Assembly: GCF_026210795.1 (NCBI RefSeq)
Contig: NC_089434.1
Coordinates: 3,410,001-3,474,000, forward strand
Length of the DNA stretch: 64,000 nt
Direction: 5' to 3'
DNA from: Rhizophagus irregularis
Taxonomy: Eukaryota
Shown here: positions 1 to 13,024 of the stretch, one piece after another
How positions within the stretch are numbered: position 1 is the first letter of the stretch
Layout: each line of letters starts with the position of its first letter
Translations under genes and position numbers: made by a program
The notes under the pieces: generated by a model
What the model was told of the DNA's origin: nothing
Databases searched by the model: none
What the model saw: only the letters and a program-made list of their open reading frames with translations

Positions 1-2
1 CT

Positions 3-1424
3 AAAGATCCTAGGAATTTTAAGAAAATCATTGAGGAATATGGTCAATTCATTCCAACAGAAATTACGTTGGGTGGAAGAGCTTATTTTAAGAGGTCAAA
101 TATTTCAAGGCATTTTTCTGAAGAAAACCCTAAAAAACTTAATATAAGTACAGGTAGTCAAGGCTCAAATATCAAAATAGAAAGTAATACTGAAAATTTA
201 ATCAATAATATTAATAATTCCAAACGTGAATGTTTTAAATTAGTTGGAGGGCAAAATCTTAATATTAATAATTTTGATGAAAAAGTTTGGGCAGAATCTC
301 TAAAGGATTTCAGGTATTGGAGTTGCATAAAATTTAAGAATCCAATTAGCATTTTTCAACCTCTATCTGAAAATTTGCGTAAACAGATCTTATTATCAAT
401 CGGAAAAAAAATACTTTATACTAATACTGAAGATCATAAGTATTTTTTAGTTGAATATGCAAAACCAAGAGTATTTGGATTAGACATACCAGAAAATATT
501 TTAAAAATTATACAAAATAAAGATGCTGGTTGTAGCATCTTTGCAACGGTAATTGACAAAAAGGAAAAAGATATTTTTAATTGTCAAGTCATTTGGTCAC
601 AAAATGAAGACCCAAGACTTGTAATTCACTGTATTCAAAAAAAATTTAAGCAACGTAAATGCAAATTGAGAATTAGTTGGATGGTTATTGGCTACGACTT
701 AAATTTTGATCTTAGTCATTCAGAATTTAATATTCAATTAAAAGTTCAAAATGAATATTTTAAAGCAACAGGTCATCAAACCATAATTAAATCATTAGAT
801 TTGGAAGATAATTCATCAGTTCTTTGTCTTGGAATCCCTGTACTAAGCAAGTTAAATTCTTCAAATGATTCTCTTGTCATTAATCATCATTTTTTTAATG
901 ATCAAAATAATGAAAAAATTGGATTGCATGCATTTTCTTATTGTTTAGAAAAAAATCATTATGTAAATTTACCTGATTTTACTTTTACTATACTCATTAT
1001 TTCATCTTATCCTAATTCTGATGATTATGGAATATTACCCATTAAAAATAATAATAAGATAAGAAATCTTATTAATTCTATTAAACATAATCCATTAAAA
1101 CAGCAGAGACCAAAATTTATAAGTTTATATTCTATGGGAGAAAATTGTGGTTTAAATTTTCTAAAACAAAAAATTAATCAAATTAAAATAAAATCTATTG
1201 ATACTAATTGTGATCAAGAAGATTGTGTTTGTAAAAGTAAAAAAAAGAAATCGGAGATTAATCTGAAATACGCATTCTTAAATCCAATTGAGGTATTTTG
1301 TAATTTCTTTTATTATTCAATTCAATTGTTTGATATGATAACCTTGAAATTAAACCAAATATTTTATCCTCTCCTTTAGATTAAGACTGTGAAAAGAGAA
1401 TCACCTTGGCTACTAAGAAATTAA
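3..1424 (+). CDS. 3' part of a MACPF-like domain protein (5'-truncated by window); exons <3-1292 and 1380-1424
   Basis: Frame is open from base 3: KDPRNFKKIIEEYGQFIPTEITLGGRAYFK resembles the MACPF signature (F..YG.....v.LGG). Donor GAG|gtattt at 1293, acceptor ctttag| at 1379, last exon IKTVKRESPWLLRN*. Confidence 0.7.
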
Positions 1425-2708
1425 AATCTTTTTAATATTTAAAGTTTTATTATAATTAAGAAATTAATTTTATATAAACGAACCTAGAAGTAATTTAAAC
1501 CTAATCCCCTTTACATCTTGTATAAGTTATTTTACATATAAGGTTTTATTATGAAATTTTAGATTTACTTTATGACAAAAGAAATTAAGGAATTTATAAG
1601 GTTGTATTTAAAATTAAGGTTTTATACGTTTAAAATTTGATTGTTCGTTAAATATGTATTATACTGTACAGTATATATGTGTTATAGATTTATCATGTAA
1701 TGCTATTATGATATGTATGTCAATAAAATAATAATTACCGTTGAAACTTAAATATAAAATTAACGTTCATATCGGCGGATGATTCAACGTGTAATTTTGA
1801 TATTTTTGTTACACAAAGCATTTCATAAGGCGTAGTAAGATTGGGGATACAATAATTTGATAAATACTTCTTCTAAGCCAAAAATATAATAAATATGATT
1901 CTGTTAATATTGATAATATCCATTATGGGATCTCATTTTACACAATAATTTCTGGGATTTTTTTTTTTGTAAAATTAAAAGCGTATACGTTTTTACAATC
2001 AGTTTGAGTGTAAAGTTTCTATAATGTGTACAATAAAATAAATGTGAATTAGTTATATGACTTGAAAAATATGAAAAATAGACAATTTTATAAAATTATC
2101 ATAAAACAGATTTTTTAAACAATATTCATTGAGTTTTAAATATTTTTAAAATGCTCATAGCTATTGTGACTATATAAATTTTCTATTTTACACTTTGTTT
2201 TATTAAAGCATACTTACTTTCTAATAATACACACTAAGATTACTATGACTTTATGTTGTACTCAACTTATTATTTAGTCAAATAATAGTTTATCAGGTGA
2301 TTTTTTGTATTACAAACACAATTTTGGGCAACTGGAATTATGAAAATCTTTCAGATTTAGCATTTAACACAAAGTAACCAAATCCGCCGAAATGTTTTTT
2401 GCATCACGTGATTTGATAATAAAGCGAATAAATTCAAAATTTCAATAATTTTTGTTGTAAAGTGTAAGCGTTACACTCCATCCCAAATCCCATCTATAAA
2501 CTCAGCAAAATTTTTCTCAAGACCGCCGCAGAATTAAATTGTCTGTATGATCGGCAAAAAAAATCCTTTTTTTATAACCAAAATATTTCTGTGAAACGAA
2601 ATTTCCTTTTTTGAATTTATGTAACATCACGTTTATGATGATTCGCATTAATTAATTAGCCTAATTAAATAATACCGACTTGTATTGTCCATAAAGGAAA
2701 TTCACATA

Positions 2709-3149
2709 CAGTCAAACTCCGATATAACGATATGTTGAGATCCATATGAAATCTTTGTGAAAAATATTGTTATATCAAGTTATACCGATATTTATATGTT
2801 CTCTCATATAGTGGTAAAATGAAATTTTATCATTACAATCACCACTGGTTATAACTGTTTGTACCGAAATCTAACCGGAATTTCCGGAACCGATTTTTTA
2901 TAAATAATTTCACTGGATATAATGAACTTTTATAATAAAACACTATTTAACGCAACCGAACTGAACTTCAACCAGCCCCATATATTAGCTATATACATTT
3001 TCTATAACGAACAGTCATGTGAATCCAGGCTAAATTTATAGTGCCGGTCAGGATTATTGGTAATTTTTCTTATAATTCTGGCCGGCACCACAAATTTGTC
3101 CTAATTATCGGTATATTACCTCAGAGTTCGTTATATCCAGTGGCAACTG
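2709..3149. mobile_element. Degenerate pogo/Tigger-like (Tc1/mariner) MITE
   Basis: TA|CAGTCAAACTCCGATATAACGA ... TCGTTATATCCAGTGGCAACTG|TA: imperfect TIRs with TA flanks. Confidence 0.55.
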
Positions 3150-5349
3150 TATAATATATCGAATTTTTAATATATATACGGTATCGAATATTGGTATATC
3201 GAGATCTTCAGTAACAATCGCACGTGCTTTATTTTACCCCCTTAAAAATCGCCGCAGCTCTCTATCTTGTGAATTACTTAGGCTTTGAATCCGAAGCTGT
3301 AGGACACTTCAAGTACAGGCATGCAGTCATGCAATGTCTGTCCGCAACTTCGCATTGCATAAACCAATCGAAATGTGCAACAAATAAAACACGTAACTAT
3401 TAACACGTGTATTTTTTTAATGCGGTCATTTCAATGGTATGATTACCTGGTATAATAAAAATCGACCATTTAATGAATTTTTTTTTTTAAAAAAAAATTG
3501 AATTTTAATTTTTTGATAACCTTTTAAAATATTTTTTGTTTGATTTGTTTATTGATTTTATTGTTATATTAAATAAAATTTGAGCTTATTTAATCGAATT
3601 AAAATTAAATTTTTGCTTAATCAAAAAAAAAAAATGCAAAATCATTCGTTAATCTTTTCGTTTTTTTATCACAGAATCAATTTGCTAAATAAAGTAAGTC
3701 TAAAAATACATATTTCCTTAAAATCGCAAAAAAATCTTTTATTCATATTTGGAAATTGTACGACGTTTCTTTAACACCATTTCACGTTGAAGAACTTGAT
3801 AACTGCACATTAATTATTCTCACGCATTTGGATTACATCTTTGTTTATATACAATAGTTTAAATTAATTATTAATTTAAATAATGCAAAATAATAAAAGA
3901 TTTTTTAGATTTTTTTTTTTGATGCACATGTTAATTCTATGTCATTATCATATTCGGATAAACTTGAAAAAACCGGTACTAAACTTAATCCAGTTAATTT
4001 ATAGTTATATTCTTTTGAACATTAAACCTTATTTCGATAAAAAACTTTTTATTCCCTATATTTGGAATTATTATTATTTCTTGTTCAGTAATTAATTTAA
4101 TTAATTGGTCCCAATTATTTATTAATGCTTTATTCGGAAATTATATTATTGTTAATGGTCCATTGTCTTCTACAGAAGGAAAAAATTTCTTAATATATTT
4201 TAAAATACTTTGCATATTAAAACTATATAAAAAAAGTATATACCTTATTATTTTTCTCTTTTTGAAGTTATTCATTTGAATATTAGATAGATAAAGTTTT
4301 AATTAAATAATTAATTATAATTAAATAAAAAAAAAATACAACGTCTGTGTGAGTTTTGCGCAGTATCACGAGACAAAATCTAATTTACACAAAATGTGTA
4401 CGACAGTCAATTTCAATAAAAAAAGAAGAAAAAATTTTTTTCTCCTTTCCATATTTGTTTGTTGTGACATTCTCATGATTTCATGTACGCATGAAAATTT
4501 TTTTTCCAATTAGAAAGAAATAGTTCCTTGATAAAGTTATCAAGGATGAAATTCTGAATAACTGTTCCCACAAAAATAAAACCCTTACACTTCAAGACGA
4601 TTAGAATAATAATTTAGTGAAGGATATAAAAGATGAGAAATATGCAGAAAATTATAAACTTACTGACCTGTAAATTGAACACCGCATGAAAGATACATTT
4701 GTATTATTATTAAACTACCAGATAGCTTCTTAAAATAATAGAGAGAGGGAATATTTGAGAAATTTGATTTTCATGAGAAAAAAATATTTTATGTAGAAAT
4801 AAAGTTTTTGACATTCAATGAAAATATCATCATGTGTAATTGTGTAGAAAAAGGAATCTTAAAAGCTTGTTTTTCGTATGAATTTGGAAAAATTATTGCG
4901 TTGGTAATACGGTTACCAGTTTAGTCGATTAAAAAATATTGATAGTTTACTCTAGTTCCATTGGCGGTCTTTATCACATATTCTGATGGTTCATTAATGG
5001 GACTTCATCATAGTTGTTGTCATTATACTGACAGTAGCTCCACTATAACTGCTACTCCTGATTGTTAATTTCACATTTAGCGGCGGTAGTAGGGGTTAAG
5101 TTCATAAAGAACTTTCTTATACCTCCTCTTCAGAGCATCCATTACAAAAACTTGATTAAGAACTAAAAATATAGAATTTTGAAGTATGAGAATTTAAAAA
5201 TCAGGTATTAATCAACTTTTATACAGTACTTTCTTATTGGACATTAAATTATTAATTTGTAACTCATACGGTACCTTGAGAAAGACTAAAATTTTGATAC
5301 CCGTCTTTAATCAAAAAGTATTCTGCATATCACTGAAAATCCAGGTGTT

Positions 5350-6930
5350 AGGAACCAAAAAGACGTTGGCAATAAAATAGTCTTGGTCTACATATACGAA
5401 AATTGTTATAATTAATGTGCACGATACCTTTTAGAGACAGGATGTACATACCACTAAAGCTTGTTCCCATATCGATCATCCCAATACGGATGTTTGTGCA
5501 TGTATTTCCAAAATAAAGAAAATATTAATGCAAGAAACCTGTCAAATGTATAGATATTACGCATAAAACGATCACTAAATAAATACGTATATATTTTTGC
5601 ATTAGCATAATTTTTTTCTAAAAAAGATATTTAAGGCAAAAAAAAAAAATTATATAATTAAATATTTGAAATAAAGTATATGTTGAATTATTTTTTTTGA
5701 AACCGGATTATTGAACCGGTTATAAGAACATGATGGTAATAAGGAATCGTTGAAATAGTACAAATTTCAGCTCGTCTTGCAGAGGATTAAAGGTCCAACT
5801 TACCAAGAAATACTCAAAAATGCTATGTTTGTACCGCTGTTAAATGTTAAAATGAATAGGAATATAAAATTAGTCTATTTAAAAAATTCGGCAGAATCTC
5901 GGATATAATTTCGGTAACACTAAAAATTAAATTTTGAAACTATTTACCCTTCACATTAAATTATACAAGTTCAATACATTCGGTAAACCTGGTAAAGTTC
6001 AGAGAATATATCTCTGAGCACAGTGGCGTAATTTTTATTTTATCCTGATATATCGAATTTTACCGAGTTTCCCTCAAATCAAAAATCTGCTGTAGATGAA
6101 GAGTTTGAACATGATTAATATTATTTTTCGAGGAAGATATTTTAAATATTATTAAAGAAATAAATGACATACTGCGGCGAAAATATTCAAAAAAAGAGTT
6201 TTTTCTGATGATCCATAATAATATACAGTAACAAACGTTAAAATGTTAAAATATATATTATAACTTTTTAAACAGTGTAAAATCGAAAGACACTTGTTAA
6301 AATGTACCTTATTTTTGTTGTTTATTTGCTCTCTCAATAATTTTATTAAATAAAAAAGAATACTTTTTTTTTCCTCAAAACGGGAACGGAATCAAAAATT
6401 TTTGTGGTTTCTTCTTTTTTGCATATACTGGTATATGTATCTTTTTCTTTGTAAGCGAAACTAATAGAATTGTAAGGAGAAAAAATGAGAAAGATAACCG
6501 CAGTAACCGAAATTTCAAAAAGAAAGGGGAGGGGGAAGAATGGGAAAAAATATTTTTTTTTTATTTTTTGTTACCAAAAAGTATATATTTATTTATTTGT
6601 ATTTACAATATAACCTACAAGGGTTAGATCTACTAATCATAATTTTAGTTTATAATATATACATATATTTAATTATGTGATTATTCGTATTTATTATTCG
6701 TGCTCCCATCACCTTTTAATTTTTTATCACCTATTTTTAATTGTATTAAATTTATTAAGTTAAATTCCCTTAGCTATTTTTAATTGTATTAAATTTATTA
6801 AGTTAAATTCCCTTAGATCATTCTTCAAATCTATTTTTTTTTTCTTGCATAATTTTTACTTTTTCAGTTAATAAAAGTTTTCAGAATAGAATAAATTTGT
6901 GATAAACTTTAATACCCTGATGTTCACGAA
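5350..6930. repeat. Conserved intergenic block of the small-protein cluster (diverged copy)
   Basis: Shared strings gaaccaaaagaYgttggc, atgcaagaaacctgtcaaatgta, ctgagcacagtg, aatgtacctYattttgttgtttatttgctctctcaa recur at ~26170-27200, ~31660-32700, partly at 16842+, and inverted at ~45640-45985. Confidence 0.85.
6731..6816. repeat. 43-bp tandem duplication
   Basis: ctatttttaattgtattaaatttattaagttaaattcccttag occurs twice back to back. Confidence 0.9.
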
Positions 6931-7956
6931 TCAATAATTATCACTGTTATACAGCATTTATAGTAATCGGGGTATGAGGCGATCTACGTATCTGCGGATT
7001 GCTAAGCCCATTTTTTTTACAGCATTTGGTTTAAGAGAGGTTTTTCGTTTCTTTTATTTTTTAAAGAATATTTTAAAAAAAGAGTCCTTCTCGCATATAT
7101 AATTAATATTTAAGCTAATCTTACTGTTATTAAATTAAAACTAGATCGATATGGATGCCTTTTTAAACTAAGACAATAAGGAACTTCAAATTATTAGATA
7201 AAAAAAAAACGCGAAATCTTAGGAAACAACCCTTCTATAATTTTTTATTATAAAAATATTATATACAATTCTTTTTTTTTTCTGAAAAAAAAATATCGAA
7301 ATAAATGCGTATTTGACGATGATGTAACTTTTTTTCTTCTTTTTCTTTGTATATACTACTCGTTATGTAAAATATAAATTAATACTAAATAATAAATTAA
7401 TAATAGTATATAAAATGTCTCCTTATTACGAGTTACTTAATTTATATAAGAAAGGTATCATTGTAATAATAATATTAAAAAAGAACATGAATTATTTTAT
7501 TTATTTATTTATTTATTTCATTTTTTTGCCAAAAGACCAAATAGGGAAGGAAAAAAAAAAATTTGAAACATTTTTTTCGACCGGGAAATAATAAGGAGGG
7601 ATAAATAATAAATAAGTTGATTGCCGATCATTGCAACAACTATAGCGCAGTAAAAAGGATTCGACATGGAATATCTATGTAGTATGTATTTATTTATATC
7701 TATTTATTTATTTAATAAATTTATTATAGCAAAAGTCATAAAATTAATAAATTGTTCGTTTATGAAGAAATTACGAAAATTTTTGAAATTGTGTTTGTTG
7801 ACGATGTATATCTATTTTAGTTGAATTTAAAGAATTTTCCGAAAATTAGTTTTGCCGAGTTTGAATATAATCAGATTTTGCACACTATCTAGTTAACGAT
7901 GGATGTTTCGGTTATAAAGCGAAGAAAGATCGAAAGTAAAGATTGAATAATGATGT

Positions 7957-8184
7957 CTAGAAGAAATTAGGCGTCCCGTTCAAAATTTGATCGGTAAATG
8001 GATCGGTAGTGACCTGTACGGGTAATTGCAAATATCTAAACGGATCTAATACTTGCATTCTACGTCTTCTGTTTCTACGTCTGCGAATATATTTTGATAA
8101 ATAAGATCGAGATGAAGTAGTTGAAGTATTAAGTTGGTCGTTCATAGAAGAGTTAGAGAAGTTAGATTCTGTACGATGTTCCAT
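7957..8184 (-). CDS. Small basic protein, family member 1 (75 aa)
   Basis: ATG-initiated ORF with YIRRRRNRR and C-terminal DPFTDQILNGTPNFF; frame and stop position conserved in four paralogs in this window. Confidence 0.8.
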   Translation of the reverse strand: MEHRTESNFSNSSMNDQLNTSTTSSRSYLSKYIRRRRNRRRRMQVLDPFRYLQLPVQVTTDPFTDQILNGTPNFF

Positions 8185-10984
8185 TATGTATAGTTTTTTA
8201 TTAATAAAATGCTACTATAGTACCGTATATGCAGTATATAGTCATAAATATAATTTTAGAGAGAATCTATATCTTTAATATAGAATCTTTAGTAGAGAGA
8301 ACAAATGGAAATAGTAAAAAAACAAAATAAAATATCGATTTTAGTTAAAGAGCGATGCCAAGATTTCAGTTAAGGAGCGAAAAAAAATCTGTCAAAGCAA
8401 AAAAAAAAAAAAAATTTTAAATTTTTTAAATTTTTTTATTTTTTTATTTTTTTATTTTTTTTTTCGTTTTTTAGAGGGAATGGAAAGATTATTTATAATA
8501 AAAATTTTTTGATCTTCAATAAATGTAATAAATGTACATTTTATATTTTTAATACATGTTTACAATATTTACAATATAAATATAAAATTATAAAATGAAA
8601 ATATATATATATATATATTGTAATTTTTTTTTTTTTTATATATTCGATTTTTTTGTATGTTGATACTTTTATATGTATTTTTTTTATATATATGTATTTT
8701 TTATATAGTATTCCGAAAAAGGTTAAAATATTAACTGTTGATCTGATATCAGATGTCATTTTTAAACTACAAATAAAAACCGGAGATTATATGAATTATA
8801 TCAGAATGATAAAATAAAAAAAAAAAAAATAATTAATAATAAATTTTTTTTATTTTACCTTATTTTTATATTTTTATTTTAAAAAAAAACCGTGTGAAAT
8901 TAGTCCAATAAAAGTTAAATAAAATAAAGCAAAAAAAAAAAATTTTTATTTATTTTTTTTACTTTATTTTTATTTTTTTATTTTAAAAAAACTGATGAAA
9001 GAATTTATATGAATTATATTAGAATGTGAAATAAAATAAAGCAAATAAATAAATAAATAAATAAACAAATAATAAATTTTATTTATTTATTTATTTTTTA
9101 CTTTATTTTTATTTTTTTTTTATTTTAAATATTCCAAAATCGAAAATATTTTTGTTGTTTGGAAATTTCGGTTTATCTCTTCTTTTAATTAAATAATTTA
9201 TATAATTCCCTTTTTAAGTTTAGCATGAATATTTATTTACATTAATAATAAGTATATGTATAAAAAAAAAAGTGGTTTTTTTTATGGAAAAAAAATCGGT
9301 TTAATTTTTTAAATTTTTTTTTTGAATTAAAAATGTACGAACCAAAATACTTTCTCTCCTTTTTTATTGTAAAAAAAAAAGATAGGGGGTGAATATCTAA
9401 AAGGAATAGGTTCTTTTGTTTTTGTTTATATAATTTCCACAATTGTTGCACTTTCATATGCTTTATGTTATACAATCCATTACTAGTGTCTGTTCCTTCT
9501 TCTCCTTATTAATCTTTTTATTTTTTGTCATTTTTTCCTAAAATTAAAATTTATTTCTTATGTGACATCAAAGTTCTTAATTTTCACAAGCAAATTCTTT
9601 TCTCCTCACTAAAAAAAAATAATCAATTTAATTCAATTTATTCTTATTATTATTATCAGTTATTGTTATTATATATTCATTTTAGCGTAATTATTAAATA
9701 ACACAATGCATAACAAATTTTAGTATCACAATTGTGAATGAGTACTTATATGGTATACTCACAAAGAAAGTAAAATAGGGGTACTCTAGAAGAAATAATT
9801 ATTATTGTGACAAAAAAAAAAATAAATAATATTCTTTTTCTTTTTCTTCGTAAAAAAATTAAAAAAAATTTACTGGCATTCATATTACATTTACTTCTTA
9901 CTTTTTGCATATTCTTCTCCTATCTTATTAAGCGTTTTTGATTTAGAAAAAATTTACTTTATTTTATTATACTAAGAAAAAACGCGCAATCTTTTAAAAA
10001 AGAGAAACCTTTTAAACTTTTAATTTACTTTAAAAAGAAAAAATACAACAAACCCAAGCCAAAAAAAAAACCACTTTTTTTTATAAAAAATGAATCAAAT
10101 CTTCTTGATTGAACATCACAAATAAATCCTTATACAAAATGTTTCTATATAAAATAAAGGAATGTACGTGAAGAATTATGTGAAAGAAATTATTAGGAAA
10201 ATAAAAAAAAAAGAGAAAAAAATAGAATATATCAGAATTAATTAATAAGAGTATTTTCTCTAACCGCAATAAATAATCGTGTCGCACAGTTATATTTAAA
10301 AAGAAAGGATTGCTGCATATAAGTGATTAATTCAAACTTCGAAAAAAAAAGGAAAAAAAGGATTTATAAAACGTATGAATAGATAAATGAATCAAAAAGA
10401 ATGCTTCACAAAATTTACCGTATTCTCTTAAAAAAGAATAGAACGTAAATATGTGTACCTGAGTTAAAAAAAAATGATATACGAATGATGTGTGATCTAC
10501 TTGTATATCATTATGTGAATTATGTAAAAGAAAAAAGTATTATATAATGGAGCAACATCGTACAAATAATTTTTAAAATGGAAAAAATCGGTAAATACGA
10601 AAAAAGATTGTCAAGATATATCCAGATTTGACATATTAACGGATTCACGAAATTAGAAATATCGATTTCGAATTATTTGAATTACGTATAAGCATTGGCA
10701 TGTCTTAGTTGTCCAAAGATTTTAAAAATGGTATGTTTTAAATGTTTTAAGAAGAGAAGAAAAAAAATTTTTCTTTTATTTCCCTTTAATTTCGTCATTA
10801 TCTTCTATTTTTTTTTTCACTAGTCCTCTGTACCAAAGAAAAAATATAGATTTTAGCAGATCCTATCGTCCTATATTAATCGAATTCTTAGTAAACAAAG
10901 AAATCGTTGGGTAACTTGTGAATCTAAATCGTTCTTTATATAAATTATTCTGCGCGTAAGGTATATTCTTGTTACTAATGCTTC

Positions 10985-11150
10985 CAATAATTACTGTTAA
11001 GATTGTTTAAAATAGTTGTTTGGAATACGATGAACTTTTCTGAGTCTCTTTTGTTTATATTTATTGACAGATATCAAGTTGTTTACAAACCGAGATAATA
11101 TCAGTATCATCAAAAGTTTAGGTAGCAGAATAAATGACTATTCCGTATTT
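10985..11150 (-). pseudogene. Decayed copy of the exon-1 module of the two-exon family members
   Basis: Reverse complement reads atttattctgctacctaa...gatactgatattatctc...ggtttgtaaacaacttgatatctg...acaaaagagactcagaaaagttcatcgtattccaaacaactat, colinear with 52861-53045; contains deletions and stops. Confidence 0.75.
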
Positions 11151-11241
11151 CGTTACTTATCTTTGAAGTTAACATTGACGTTGTTGACGGTAGAGTTGCT
11201 TAGGGCTAGATAAGCACTGGAATGATTAGTTAGTATAGCAA

Positions 11242-11575
11242 GGCCAGGCCAATAGGATTTTCTGTTTAACAAGAATTTTTGTTGAAAAAAGAGGGAGGGG
11301 GGGACCAGGGAGTGGGCCAAAAATAATTTACAAAAAAATTTTTTAAATTAATTTTTACTATTAAAATTTTGAGGGGAAGGGGGAGGAAAAAGTAAAAAAA
11401 ATAATCTAAAAATTAGATTTTTGGGGGAATATTATAAAAAATTTTTTTTTTAATATCTAAAGAAATCAAAATTTTGAGGGGGGTGAGAGGGAGGATTTAA
11501 AAAAATTGATTTTTGGTGTCTTTAAATTTAAAATTTTTTGGGATTTGTTAAACAGAAAATCAAATTGGTCCGGCC
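11242..11575. mobile_element. PIF/Harbinger (Tourist-like) MITE
   Basis: ~31-bp TIRs GGCCAGGCCAATAGGATTTTCTGTTTAACAA / TTGTTAAACAGAAAATCAAATTGGTCCGGCC; the duplicate at 23622-24159 has TAA on both sides. Confidence 0.8.
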
Positions 11576-12043
11576 TAACTACTAGTAAGTTTTTTTTTAA
11601 AAAAATTTCGTTAAATCTGTTTTCATAAATTTATATCTTAAGCGTATCTTGTTTTTATTATCAAAACATAAAAACTTACTACTAAAAAAATTCATCGTCA
11701 GAAAAAAAGTAAGTTTTTTTTTATTGCTAAAAAAAAATATCTCCTGGAAGGTTGTCTATATTTATTTTATTTTATTTATTTATTTATTTATTTATTTTTT
11801 AGAAAATTAAGTTTTATATTAAAAATTACTTGTTATATAATGTATGGACTTAATTAATTGTTTATGATGTGGCTGTGACATTGCTTGCATTAATGAGATA
11901 TGCAGTACTTTTATTTTTATTTGCATTTTGTCAACATATTAGAATAATTCTATTTTTTTTACTTCTGTCATTAAATTTATTAACTTGTGTTTATACGGAA
12001 CCTTAATAATAATATATAAGAAAAAAATTCACTATCGTATATA

Positions 12044-12211
12044 CAGTCAGAACTCGACATAACGAACCTTCCGGTTCACTAAAAAAATTCGTAACGATAC
12101 TAAGTTTGATATAACGAATTGTATATGCTTATGTATAAAGATAAAATCTTAAAAAATCTCTTTATCGTGAAATTCATTATATCGCATAATCGTCATATCA
12201 AGTACTGAATG
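12044..12211. mobile_element. pogo/Tigger-like MITE (also at ~24667-24860)
   Basis: TA|CAGTCAGAACTCGACATAACGA ... TCGTYATATCAAGT(T/A)CTG; present in both duplicated segments. Confidence 0.65.
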
Positions 12212-13024
12212 TATAAAATACATATAGCAAGTGGGAATCTGACGCACATACAATGCAAAGTCATTTTTTTCTCAATAGTAAAGTTATAATTATTTTAACA
12301 TATTATTTTTTTCCTTGACATATATCATATGATTTTTATTAAAAATATTTGAGTTATCGCAGTTTTAGTATTTATGAATTTATTGTCACCTATACAATTT
12401 TCGTTAAGTTTCGTCCCGAAAAACATAATAATGCTTAAAAAAGTAAAAATTGCGCCAATCTTAAAATTAAATAATTAATAAATAAGATTTTAGATACATA
12501 CAAATACATAATACAAGATTTTTAAGATTTTTGAAAAAGGAAACCATTTTTATAGATAATAATAAATAAATGTATTCCAAGTATTATATAAATAAAAAAT
12601 CTCTGATTAAAAAGGGAATCCGTTGAAAAATTGAGTAATTAATAAAACACTTGTACTTTGCTGCGGAAGGTTCGCGATAAGCCTCAATGTGTTACCATTA
12701 TTAATAAGTATGTTAGGTCGAAAATGTCTTCTTATAATTCTTTGTCTTCTTAGTTGTTTCTGTCTTTTTTGAAAGGGCATTTTCGTTTGTATAACGTATA
12801 TTAAAGAGGAGATAAGATAATATGCGTATATTTAAAGAGATAAAAAAAAGATACAAAAAAATTGACGTATTTATAACATTTAAATATTTGACATTGCACA
12901 AAACTATGTATAGATAATGACAGATAATCGATACAATAAACACTCATCTATCCATATTAGTGTATATAAAATTATTTTTTATATATTACAGTACTTATAG
13001 TGTATCTGTTCACATATATTTTAA

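Larger units (their letters stand above)
7670..12405. repeat. Segmental duplication (member 1 plus ~4 kb of 5' flank), paired with 18205-25050
   Basis: Long near-identical colinear runs, e.g. 9660-9950 vs 22300-22600 and 11800-11990 vs 24415-24610; shared MITEs at equivalent positions. Confidence 0.95.

Noticed and set aside
4940..5160. GC-richer coding-like patch
   Set aside because: No sustained frame or recognisable motif on either strand.
7957..8184. Family as a-factor-like pheromone or secreted effector, or bZIP basic region
   Set aside because: No CAAX box, no signal peptide, no repeated core peptide, and no NxxAAxxSR or leucine zipper.
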